Assembly (NCBI RefSeq): GCF_004010195.1
Contig: NC_057751.1
Span: forward strand, 6,704,863 to 6,767,770
Source of the DNA: Chiloscyllium plagiosum
Taxonomy: Eukaryota
Direction of reading: 5' to 3'
DNA length: 62,908 nt
Shown: positions 23,560 through 35,640 of the stretch, one piece after another
How positions within the stretch are numbered: the first letter of the stretch is position 1
How the letters are laid out: every line of letters starts with the position of its first letter
Position numbers and translations under genes: made by a program
Notes under the pieces: generated by a model
What the model was told of the DNA's origin: nothing
The model's input: only the letters and a program-made list of their open reading frames with translations
Databases searched by the model: none

Positions 23560-24005
23560 GAAAGATGCAAGACAAGGAGAGGCGGTGATATTTAAAAAAA
23601 AACAAATGGCTTCATGAATGGAGTACAGTAGAAGGTCATTGTTCCAAGACAAAATTTGAGTCTTTGTTGGAATATTGTGTTCCTTTCTGGGCACCACTTG
23701 GAAAAAGGTCAAGGCCACAGAGAGAGTGTGAAGAATTTATTGGAAAGTACTGGGGATTGAAGGACCTCAGTTACTTGCAGAAACCAGAGAAGCTATGGTT
23801 TCTCAACTGGATGGCTAAAAAGAGGTTTAAAAATTATCATAAAGTGACTGAGAAGAAACTGTCTTGTGACATGATAGTAAGCAACTCATGGATACAAATG
23901 TAACATGTTTGCCGAAAGCAGATGCTGTGGAGGAATAGAACTCATCAGTTAATTCCTTTCTAGAGGCTGCACAAGCATGATGGGTCAAATGGCTTCCTTC
24001 TGTGC
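23560..24005 (+). mobile_element. Very old CR1-like fragment
   Basis: LLEYCVPFWAP; tail GATGGGTCAAATGGCTTCCTTCTGTGC. Confidence 0.6.
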
Positions 24006-24994
24006 AATATAACTTCCAGCATCACTGGGTCTTTCCAACTCATGGCCTCATCAAGCCAGCGGGAATGAATTCAATGGAATTGATAACTGGAAGATATTTA
24101 AAAGCAGCGGTTGACAGAACCTGATGCATTTTACACTTTCAAACAATATCAAAACTATCTTTGTCTCATGGGGAATGAATGATCCAGAAAAGCAAAATAT
24201 TGTGCCATCCTCATGCACCATCTTCTCCTTGTGTTTGCCTTCATAAACAAGGGCTTGAAAGTTTTGACGTAGCATGTGGGATTCAGTCCCAAACACATTA
24301 GCAGTCAACAGTGATGAAGACACCTGAACAATGATTTTGGCTGTTGTTCAGAATAATTAAGATTTTTTGATGATTTCAGCTAAATATTTTAGATAGAAAT
24401 CTGTGTCCAGATAGTGCTTTGCTATTTTTATGCTCTGAGTGGCCTTTTGAATAAATGAGGGATTTATAAATGTCCCTTTGAATTCCCCAAGTTCTTTAGA
24501 TTTCAAAGATCATATTTAAGCAGTGCTAGTGCTAAATCCATGTTTTGGGCAAGGGATAGTAAATGAACAAAAGCAGATCGACACTTTGGAATCTTAGAAG
24601 TGCAGAAATCTGTAGTGGTGTTGCAACCCTCCTGTTAATAAGACTGCCATAATCCGATGGATGGGAAAGGTCTTAAAATCTGAGCAGTAAAATGAAATAG
24701 GGGTTTACTGCATTCCCAGTGAACAGCTGCAGTGAAATAAGCGTTGTGGAAATTTCAACACAGTCTCCACAAGCCCAGCGCTCAAAAACAACTTTTTTTT
24801 GCTTTTGACCACAGTTTATTTTCTCACTTGATGCCCTGCTTCAAAGAACGGTTTCAGTCAGTGTGAATAACTCAACTCGCTGGTGAGCTTCACCATTTCC
24901 TCTGATGTAATTGTCACGATCAAAGAATCTTTCCGAATATGTCAAAATTTCCAAGTTTACATGTTTGAAGGACACTTAATCAGGAAATGGCAGT

Positions 24995-25950
24995 AGAATT
25001 CTGGGGGAACAGAGAGATTTGTATCTGGTGCATGAGTCACAAAATGTTAGATGCAGATAGAGTGTGCAATCACAAAGACTAATGGAATGGCATTCTTTAT
25101 TATAAGATAATTGAAAGGCTCATTGTGGCTTTTATATTTCAGTTATACATGGCATGAGTGAGACCACAACTCTAATACTGTCACAGGTTTTGGTTTCCTT
25201 ATTTAATGAATGGTGTAACTGAATTGGAGATGGTTCAGAGGAGGTTTACCAGAGTGACACCTGGAACGAGTGGATTATCTTCTGAGGCAAAAGTAAGGAC
25301 TGCAGATGCTGAAGGTCAGAGTCTAGATTAGAGTGGTGCTGGAAAAGCACAGCAGGTCAGGCAGCATCTGAGGAGCAGGAGAATCGACATTTCAGGCAAA
25401 AGCCCTTCCTCGGATGCTACCTGACCTGCTGTGCTTTTCCAGCACCACTCTAATCTAGGGTTATCTTCTGAGGCTAGATCGGAGAGACTGGGCTTGTTTC
25501 TGGAGTTTAGAATGTGTGAGAGAAGACTTGATTGAAGTATAGAAATTCCTGAATGGCCCTGACAAGATGGATGTGTAAAGGATGTTTCCTGTGGTGTGTC
25601 AGTCTAAAACTGGGGGCACTGTTTTAAAATCAGAGGTCACAATGACATTGATGAGATTTCCTTTCTCTCAGGTTTGTGTGACTTTGGAACTCTGCATCAG
25701 AAGGCAGTGGGGACAGGGATCAATGAATATTTATAAAACAGAGGTGGATTTGTCATTGTTCGGTAGGGGTCCTGCAAGTGTAATCGGCAGGGACGTCGAT
25801 GGCATCCCTCACCTCATACATGTTGCAGGAGGAACATTGCACTGTTATTGGGGGAATATGGAATTCAGAATAAACAAATGAGCCATAATTTTCTTGAATT
25901 GCAGAATGCATGTCAAGGGCTGAATGATCTACTTGTCCTTTTGCACATGT
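24995..25950 (+). mobile_element. CR1 LINE 3' fragment interrupted by a PLE fold-back
   Basis: Degenerate KTNGMAFFI, VQRRFTR, MFPVV..SKTGG; CR1 3' UTR at 25875-25950. Confidence 0.8.
25289..25457 (-). mobile_element. Fold-back PLE-terminus insertion (family B)
   Basis: Arms 25323-25374 / 25408-25458, 34-nt tail; TSD TTATCTTCTGAGGC at 25275-25288 and 25461-25474; the long arm stops inside the hammerhead; matches 62095-62215. Confidence 0.92.
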
Positions 25951-28304
25951 TTATTTGACATGCATGAAAAACAAAGTAAAGATCATTTTTTTCCCTTTGC
26001 TTACAATGCCTTCATGTTAATCTCCTGAGTCAATGTTTTATGCAAATACTTGTCATTCTCTAAGCCAAACTCTTGCACTCTAACATTCTGCTTTAACAAT
26101 AGCATTCTCCATATCAGAAGGATAAATAATTGCTTATTATGAAACACTTGATTATCTTCATATTGTAATTTCTTTTGGACTTCCAGGCTCATATTCCCAT
26201 CCTCTTTTTGGACCATGGATGCTATTGTTCTGAATCTCTGAGGGCAATATTGGACAGTCAGATTCCAGATTGAAGCATTGACCCTGGAAGAAAATCAATG
26301 GAGATGAAAGAATTTGTCTTAAAATCAATCATAAATCCTTTATTGGTGCTGCTTCCTTCCTGTTGGGTATGTTTGGGGAGAATGCCAGAAACTGTGGAAC
26401 TTGTTGTCTATTGCTAGCTGTGTCAACTTCTCTGGGCAACATACACTTTTGGTTGGTTCAAAGAGCATTCCCTCAACTGGTGTGCAGCAATACCCTGCAA
26501 GATGAACTTCAATCCAGAAGGGATGTGTGAACACTAATGAGCAAAGCAGGACACTGCAGCCACTGCAAATCTTGCAAGTTTGGAAACGCATCTGTGTGAC
26601 CTTCTGCCCTTCTGAAATTTCCTTCAGTGTGAACTCTCATCCAAATGTGCTCTTTAACTAGAGAACACAGAGACTAAATCCACTGCTCTCCATTTGCAGC
26701 TTTTTTTTTATTGCTGCAAACATGTTTCAGGCAATCTGTGAAATTAAATTTAAATAAGAACATAAAACAAAGGTCGCATTCCTTGATTGGATTAGTTTTT
26801 CTTCCTGCTTTGAATATGTCTATTCTCTGTTAATCACAACTTGGAGAGGGAATTGCTGTCCAAAGTGACCACTTTAAATAAAAACATGTGTTCTCTTTGA
26901 GGTGATAATTACATTTTTGTAACTTGAAGATGATATTCCCAGCAGGCTGAAGTGTTAGCTCAGTAATTACTACCAGAACCCTGAGAAATCTTGCATTCCT
27001 ATGCTAGTATTCTGTTGCTGGCACAGTGGTCCTTTCCCTCTCTGCATTTTTCTCGAGTGTGCCAATAATCAGAAAGCTGCATGTTTTTGGGATTGACCCT
27101 GGGTGATTGCAAGAAGTTTCAAATCATCTCATCTGGAAACGTTGGTATCCAAGATATTATTACCTTAGTTGCAGAAGTAATACTGATGAAAAAAATAATC
27201 TTTTTGGATGTCTGTTTCTCGTGGCTGGATTTACACAAGCCATTTGCAGCATACTGATGTACAAACAACAGTATTTGGAGCCAAATGTTTGGATCTGCTT
27301 TGTGCCAGTGCAGATATGGGAATCGCAGCATGAGAGCATATTGAGGAATTCATTCAAGCAGAGAGCTGGGATATTTTTTGTCTGCTTCATCGAAGCAATA
27401 TTAGAATTTCAAATTATTTCAGAATTGTCACAGAGTTGGTCAAGGCAGATGTTGCAAAGTTATTGAACCTGTGCATTCATCAGATCAAATGCATGGCGGC
27501 ATGGAAGGCAGGATGTGGCCAATCTAGTGACTGGATGACAAGTTGACTCAGAATCAATCCCTACAAGGTCTGAGACTTGATAAACTACTTGTTATGCCAG
27601 CTTAGGTTTGTGCGTAATCTTGAGTAGTGATTCTCACTCTTCCATTCCCAAAACCAGTTTGCATCCTCGCAAAGCTCACCTTTTACAAGCTCCTTGAGGA
27701 TCTGCCTGGCACAAAAAACAAATGGGTATAAATGCCTTCTGTCTCAACACTCAGTTCTAAAGAGCACTTGTATACCTCATCTGTGCATTTTCCATTGAAT
27801 TAGTCATGGAATACACAGAGACTCTTCAACTCCACTATGGTGAAGGTGCATTGTAAGTCATGAAGAATTTGCCAGGAATGAGAAGCAGAGGTTTAGAAGA
27901 GAGACGAGTGACATATCTTTTTTTTTGGAATTGGAATAAATACGGCCACCAAAAGGCATTCAAAGTTTTGAATGACTTTTGTTCTTTCTCTTGGTTTATT
28001 CTGTTTCTGTTGCCCCGTGAGTTACAAACCAGAGGTATGATGGACTGAATGACCTCCCTTCTGCTGTATCGTTGCATAATTTTGGTGAGATTGGAAACAA
28101 ATGGTCTCACCTTTTCACTGACCATCATGTGATGAAGGGACAAGATTGCACAAACGTTGGAGTGATTTATAAACATCGTGCACCAGATACAAATTTCCAT
28201 CATTAATTTTAATTCACAAGATCTTATGATTCAGAAGTGTCATTTGCCCTGTCAAAGTTCATACATCCGAAACAATGCTAACTTTGATTCCACAGTGCAT
28301 TGTT

Positions 28305-29035
28305 CTTACTTTCTATTCAAGTCCAGAATGTGAGGTTCACTGACTGAAACAGTTTTTTTTCCCATTATTGAGAAGGTGGTGGTGAACCACCTTCTTGTGT
28401 AGCTGCAATCTGGCATAGGTGCACCCACAGTGCTGTTACGAAGTAAGTTTCCTGATTCTGAATCAGTTACAGTGAAGAAATGGAGCGATATTTCCAAGTG
28501 AGTCTGATGTATTAGTTGGAGGGGAGCATACAGTTGGTATTCCCATGTGCCTGTTTTCCATGTACTTCCAAGATATAGAGGTTGTGGGTGTGGAAGGCTA
28601 CAGCAGGATCCAATCTCAGTTGCTGCATTGCAACCTATGGATGATTGACACTGTTGTCACTTTGAGTCGATGGTGGAGTGAGTCAACACGTAGGCCAGTG
28701 GATAGTGTGCTGATTAAAGGGATTACTTGGTCCTGGAAAGGATGGAGCTGCGCTCATTCAGGCAACAGGAGAGTATTGCCTCACACTCTTGACTTGTGCC
28801 TGCTATATGGTAGACAGACTTTGGAGAGTTTGGAGGTGACTGACTCACCTCAGAATCAGCCTCTGATGTGCTGTTTTAACTGCAGCATTTTTATCAATGG
28901 TCCACTTGAGGTCCTTGTCAAAAGTAACCTCAGGATGTGATCGAGAGAGACTTTGCAATGGTGATACTCTTGATTTTCATAGGATGACACTTAGATTCCC
29001 TGTTTTGGGTTGTTGTCATAACCTCGCACTTGTTT
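28305..29035 (-). mobile_element. Old CR1/L2-clade LINE 3' fragment
   Basis: TTGAGAAGGTGGTGGTGAACCACCTTCTTG..CCCACAGTGCTGTTA..ATATTTCCAAGT; homologous to 56620-57410. Confidence 0.6.
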
Positions 29036-29039
29036 GTCA

Positions 29040-30240
29040 CCATGAGACCACAAGTAATAGAAACGGGAGTGGGCCATTTAGGTCCTTGGATCTGGTGCAC
29101 TATTCAAAAGGTATACATTCTTCATGTCCACTTTGCTGCCCTTGCCCCACCATCTTTGATTCCCCTATTTTTGATCAAAAATCTCTCTCAGCCTTAAGTA
29201 TTCTCAAGGACTGTGCCCCATAGCTTTCTGTGGCAAGGAGTTCCAAAGACTGTCAACTCTCTGAGAGATGAAGTTTCAGTCTTAAATTGGCACCTCTTTA
29301 GTCTGAGACTATGCTGTCAGGTCTGAGACCCTCCCACGATGAGCAACAACCTCTCAGCATTTGCCCTGTCAAGCATCTTAAGTAATTTCCATCTTTCGAT
29401 GAGATCACCTCCCATTCCTCTAAACTCGAATGGGTAGAGTCCCAATGTGCACATTATTGGCTCATAAGACAATCCCTCCCTACCAGGGATTATCTGAATA
29501 AATCTCCAATGAAATCATACTTATCCTTCAATAGTGTGACCGAAGCTATTTGCAGTACTCCAAATGTGGCCTAACTAACATCTTATACAGTTGTTGTAAG
29601 ACTTCCCTAAAATTATACTCAAATCCCTGTGAAATATGTGCAAACATTCCAATTGCCTTCCTGATTATATGCTGCATCTTTGTGCTAGATTTCTGTTTTG
29701 TGCACAAATACTCCCAAGTCCCTTTGTGCTTTCTGCACCTTTTCCCCTTTTAAATAAAGCTCTTTTCTTTCTCCCTTCCAAAATGAACACATTCACATTT
29801 CCCGCATTTACTCCTGTTGTCAACGTTTTGCCCACATATGTAACCTATCAACAACTCTGAACAGCATGTATCCCTCTTTCAACGTGCCTGTCCCCCTATT
29901 TTTCCTCCGGGTGTTCTGGTTTCCTCCCACAGTCCAAAGATGTTAGGTGAATTGGCTATGCTTAATTGCCCACAGTGTTCAGGGATGTGTAAGTTAAGTG
30001 CACAAGTCAGGGGAAATGTAAAGTAATAGAGTCGGGGAATGGTTCTGGGTGGGATACTCTTCAGAGGGTCAATGTGGGCTTGTTGGGCCAAATGGCCTGT
30101 TTCCACACGTAAGAGATTTATTGATTCTCTGATTTTCGTGTCATCTGCAAATTTAGCTACAGTACATTTCACTTCCTTCCTCCAGGTCATTAATATATTC
30201 TGTAAACAATTGTCGTCTCAGCGCAGTTTTAGCACACTAC
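29040..30240 (-). mobile_element. CR1 LINE fragment with a nested V-SINE piece
   Basis: VAKFADDTKI, VRPHLEYC, CR1 3' UTR at 29045-29110. Confidence 0.85.
29900..30115 (+). mobile_element. 5'-truncated HE1-like V-SINE
   Basis: TTTCCTCCGGGTGTTCTGGTTTCCTCCCACAGTCCAAAGATG...GGCCTGTTTCCACAC. Confidence 0.85.
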
Positions 30241-31202
30241 TATGTTAAATCCTCCTGAGGGTTTACTTCCATTTTTGGACAGGAATGCTTTATTTTCTTG
30301 CCCTCACACATTCAAACTTGATATATCAAAGAAATTCCTGGCTTCGGTCCTACCTGGGTTTGCCTTGTTTTAGTCCCTGCAGTTTAATTTGTACCAATGT
30401 AATTTCCAACCTCAACAAGATTCAATAATGTTTAGACATGCAGTTTAAATGAATTAAGTTAATTAGGACAATGGATCAATGGACAAGGGCACGAGCCTCG
30501 TTGATTATCGACAGATCTAATTACTTTCATTTTCACCAATTATAATTTGCACACTATGATATTTTTTATTGAGATTCACATGAATCCACTTTCCAATTTT
30601 CAGATTAATAATTTTGCAAGTACATAGCCTTACAAGACTGTGCAAGCAGCACTTTGACTTTGCGTTTAATTCAGTACCCAGTTGGATGTTGCCTGACTTG
30701 TTCAAATAAGATTGAGCATATGTCTTTGCTTTTTCACTCATGGACATTGCTTTGCAGTATCCCACAAGGGAGTACTCCCTACCAATCTTCAGTGGGTTGC
30801 GAAGCAAAACTCTAGATTAATGAGGCGGTAATTCTGCTGGTTTCTTGGTTTTTCGCAACCTGTTCATTTTCTCACTTGAGCAAAGAAGTTTCCGTTCAAT
30901 TCGTCAAGCTCAGAATTAAGAGCCTGTGAACTCTAGATAAACCCAATAACGATTCAGAAAAATAGTTATGTTAAAACCTTGGTTTTTTCCCATAATTGTT
31001 CGTTAAGAAACTTGTGCAGTTATTTGGAACAAATAGCAGGCTTCTAATCAGAGGATTAGACAGTGACATTCGACTGAAGCCTCTTCACCAAACAGCACTA
31101 GCAACAACTTGTATTGATGTAGTACTTTTGATACCTTAAAATGTATCATAGGAGCACTACTCAGTAAAATGTGATGGAGCAAAATAAGGTATAAATGCAG
31201 AT

Positions 31203-31300
31203 GATTCTCCTGTTCCTTGAAAGCTGCCTGACCTGCTGCGCTTTTCCAGCAACACATTTTCAGCTCTGACCTCCAGCATCTGCAGTCCTCACTTTCTCCT
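31203..31300 (+). mobile_element. PLE 3' terminal fragment (family D) starting at the predicted hammerhead cleavage site
   Basis: Aligns to 21383-21480; similarity begins exactly at GATTCTCC. Confidence 0.85.
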
Positions 31301-34300
31301 CTTGAACTACATCACATGATGTTCCAGCATAATTTTGGTTTTTGAGGGATCTCCACAAGCAATCACGACTGCCTGACTAGAAGAAAGCATTACAAGTGAA
31401 GAACACAGATGAATTCTCCCATAATAAACATTGTATTTTCATTTTCACTTGAGGCAGTTTTCACTGACTTGTTAATTCAAAATAAACTCAGTTTTCACTT
31501 GGAGATTTGGCAGGGATCTGAAACAGAGCGTGAGATCAGCATGCTTGAGAGGGTTCGGTGCAATTTGCTTTGCTTATGGATGATCTCGTTACAGCTGATC
31601 TCAAGCACACTGCAGTTTGAAATGTATTTTTCAGCTGATGTCATGTCTGAGGGGAAAGTAATTCTCACAGTGGCAGTTTTCTTACCACCTTGTGGAGTGA
31701 ACTGTGTCTGTGTGGGGTAGTAGCCAAATCCCTGGGTGCTGTTTCTATACACAGTACATATACTACAAACCTGAATACCTTGGGAATCATTGCAGTTTTT
31801 ATAAACCATGAAATGCTTTCAAGCAATGGTGAACACTGCACTGAAGAGGGCCAGCTGCACTTGAGATCCATTTGCACTCGTCATCTGATACAGTAGGGGG
31901 CTAATGAAACTCTCAATAGGACATGCATTAGATTGAATTCTTCTGCAGGAAAAGCCCAAGTGGAAAATGGATTTGATTTGTGACTTGCATCACACAGATG
32001 TGTTTGAACATTTATGACCTGGTCACTCAGTGCTTGGAGCTTACATAAAATACCTTGCTCAGAAACTGGCCAGTTGGCCTGAGCACTCCACAATGGTGCT
32101 TATGATCTGCTTGATTTGCATTTTGGTCCAATGAAGATGGATGTGTGTTTGAACTGAGTTTAATATTCCACACATGGTGCGGGCTTCATGAAAGCTCTGT
32201 GACACAAATAGCTAGCTTTCAATGAATATTTTGTCTCAAAGCTTTGAAGATTTCTATCATTACAGAGCTTACATTTTACTTTTGGTGCTAGAAAATTATA
32301 GAGGCTATTCATAAAGCCCAAAGTTTGGGAGATAATTGCAATAGGATACCTCCTACTTCTGACATTACATGGGGAGGATTTGGATTTTGAAACCTGAGGT
32401 GCCAGTTGGAGGCCGTGTAGTTTAAAGGAATATGCAACAACTTAAGACCATAAGATATTGGAACAGAAATTAGGCAGTTCAGCCCATCAAGTCTGCTCGG
32501 TCATTGTATCTGGCTGATACCTTTCTCCCACTTTCTCCCATAACCCTTGAACCTCTTGATACACAAGAATAAACTATCTCAATCTTAAATTTACCCAATG
32601 ACCTGGCCTCTACAGCCTTCTGTGCAGTGAATTCCATAGATTCACCACCCTCCGTCTGAAGACGTTTCTCCTTATCACCGTTCTAAAAGGTCTTCCCTTT
32701 ACTCTGCCCTCGGGTCCTTGTCTCTCCTACCAATGGAAACATCTTTCAAACATCTGCTCTGTCCAGGCCATTCAGTATGTTTCAGTAAGATCCCTCCACA
32801 TCCTTCTAAACATCAAGTATAAGCCGAGAGTCCTCAAACGTTCCTCACATGTTAAGCTTTTCACTCCTGGGACTATTCTTGTGACCCTCCTCTGAACTTG
32901 TTCCAGGGCCACTACATCCTTGCTGAGATACGGGGCGCAAAACTCCACACAATATTCCAAATATAATCAGACCAGAGCCTTATAGAGCCTCAGAAGTACA
33001 TCCCTGCTTTTATGTGCACGTCCTCTCAAATAAATGCCAGCATTACATTTGCCTTCCTAACGTGCAAGTTTATCTTACGAGAATCCTGGACTAGAACGCC
33101 CAAGTCTCTTTGCACTTCAGACTTCTGAATTTTCTCCCCATTTAGAAAATAGTCCATGCCTCTATTCTTCCTACCAAAATGCATGACCTCACACTTTCCC
33201 ATGTTGTACTCTGTCTTCCACCTCTTTGCCCACTCTCCTCACCTGTCCAAATCATTCTGCAGGCTCCGCACCTTCTCAATACTACCTGTCCCCTTACCTA
33301 GCTTTGTTTCGTCTGCAAACTTAGCCACAATGCTCTCAGTTCCTTCATCTATAAAGTGAAAATTTGTGGTTCCAACACTGAGCCCTGTGGAACACCACTT
33401 GTCACTGGTTGCCATCCTGAGAAGAACCTTTTTATCCTCACGCTCTGCTTTCTGCCAGACAGCCAAGCTTCTACCCATGGTAGCACCTTGCTTCTAACAC
33501 CATGGCCCCTTAACCTACTCATTAGCCTCCTGTGCAAAGGCCTTGTCAAAGGGGTCTCCTTGGGTCCATTGGGTCCCCTTGGTCTAACCTGCTTGTTACT
33601 TCCTCAAAGAATTCTGTTAGATTTGTCGGGCATGACCTCCCCTTGCTGACTTTGCCCTTCCAAACCTTCAGAAATCTCATCCTTTGCAATGGATTCCAGG
33701 ATCTTACCCATGACCAAGGTTAGGCTAATTGGTCTGTAATTTTCCATCTTTTGCCTTACTCCCTTTTTTAGCAGGGGTGTGCCGTTAGCGATTTTCGATC
33801 CTCTGGGACCCTCCCTGATTCTAGCGATTCCTGAAAGATCACCACTAACACATCTTTTATCTCTTCAGCTATCTCCTTTAGAACTCTGGGGTGTAATCCA
33901 TCTAGTCCAGCTGATTTATCCAGCTTCAGGCCATTCAGATTTCCAGCACCTTCATCTTGGTGATGGCCACCTTACTCAGCTCTGTCCTTTCACTCTCTTG
34001 AATTTTGGGGTTATTACTGGTGTCTTCCACCGTGAAGACTTACGCAAAATAATTATTCAGTTCTCAGCCATTTCCTTGTTCCCCACTATGGCCCTCTAGA
34101 AAATGTCACTGGAGAGCACATGTCCACTTTTGCCTGTCTTTTGCACTTTATATATTTAAAGAAACTCTTTCTTTATATTACTGGCTAGCTTGCCCTCATA
34201 TTTAATCTTCTCCCTCCTTTGTTTTGTTTCCCTTCTTTTGATGTTTGTAAGCTTTCCAACCCTCTGGCTTCCGACTGCCCTTTTTTCCATATTATGTGCT

Positions 34301-34399
34301 TTCTCTTTTGCTTTTATGCCATCCAAGACTTCCCTCGTCAGCCATGGTTGCCTCATCCCCCCCTACACCGTGTTGCCGTTCGCTCATAATGAAGCTTCC

Positions 34400-34663
34400 A
34401 TTAGATTACTTACAGTGTGGAAACAGGCCCTTCGGCCCAATAATCCACACCGACCCTCCGAAGAGCAACCGACCTAGACCCATTCCCCTACATTTACCCC
34501 TTCATCTTACACTACGGGCAATTAGCATGGCCAATTCACCTAACCTACACATTTTTGGACTGTGGGAGGAAACCAGAGCACCGGAGAAAACCCACGCAGA
34601 AACAGGGAGAATGTCCAAACTCCTCACAGTCAGTTGCCTGAGGCAGGAATTGAACCCAGGTCT
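34400..34663 (-). mobile_element. HE1-like V-SINE, 5'-truncated at the B box
   Basis: V domain and GGGTTCAATTCC; tail GTAAGTAATCTAAT on the minus strand. Confidence 0.9.
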
Positions 34664-34968
34664 AATCTAGTAAGTAATCTAATCTAATTTTGGTCTGCGC
34701 CACAAGCTAATTTACTTTATTTCTTGTACTGCGTACATTCAGATATATCACTTTCTGTCCAGTATTAACCATCCCCCTTCTCATTGTCATTTGTTTGTCC
34801 AGTGTGCTTGAAGTTTGATTGCTGACTCTTTCCAAATGCCGTGTCCTCTTTGAGTCTGTGCTGGAGATTTTTAGAACTTCTCCTGAATTCTGTACTCTTA
34901 CTGCCTCCTTTAATTCAGGTTTTCTAATTTCCCCTAAAACTGAACACCCGCAACCATCTATTTTAAAG

Positions 34969-35177
34969 TTAGAAATCACACAACACCAGGTTATCGTCCA
35001 ACAGGTTTAATCAGAAGCACACTAGCTTTCGGAGCGCTGCTCCTTCATCAGGCGGTTGTGATGAAGGAGTGGTGCTCCGAAAGCTAGCGTGCTTCTGATT
35101 AAACCTGTTGGACTATAACCTGGTGTTGTGTGACTTTTAACTTTGTACACCCCAGTCCAACACAGGCACCTCCAAAT
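34969..35177 (+). mobile_element. Fold-back PLE-terminus insertion (family A) with hammerhead sequence in both arms
   Basis: About 85-bp arms 34965-35050 / 35059-35144, roughly 35-nt tail; TSD TATTTTAAAG at 34959-34968 and 35182-35191 (14 bp with 1 mismatch). Confidence 0.92.
35018..35056 (-). ncRNA. Minimal hammerhead ribozyme motif (CUA cleavage triplet)
   Basis: Minus strand CCGC-CTGATGA-AGGAGCAGCGCTCC-GAAAG-CTA-GTG; palindromic AGCT stem III; 3-bp stem I. Confidence 0.72.
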
Positions 35178-35189
35178 CATTTATTTTAA

Positions 35190-35640
35190 AGCCCTGTCTA
35201 CAGACCTAGTTATGCGATTCGTGAGGACTCTGCTCCCAGTATGGTTCAGATGAAGACCATCCCATCAGAACAGGATCCTTCTTCTCTGAAACTGGTGCCA
35301 ATGTCCATAAATTCAAACCCATTTGCCCCACACCAATCTTTGAGCCACGCATTTACCAGCTTAACCTTATTGACCCTATGCCAATTAGTTCGTGGCTCAG
35401 GTAATAATTCAGACATTATTAACTTTTTAGTTCTGCTTTCTAATTTAGCTCCGAGCTGTTCATGCTCCCTGAGCAGAACCTCTGCCCTAGTTCTTTCTAT
35501 GTCGTTAGAACCTACATGGACTATGACCACTAATCTTTACCCTCCCATTCCAAGTTCCTTTGCACTCCAGATGAGATATCCCGATTCTGAGCACCAGGCA
35601 GGCAACACAACCTTCAGGACTCTCGATCCTACTCACAGAG
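35190..35640 (-). pseudogene. CR1 ORF1 SGNH/GDSL-esterase domain remnant
   Basis: CLPG-like segment, HVGSND block, DG..H-type terminal motif (ORF 35246..35530). Confidence 0.85.
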
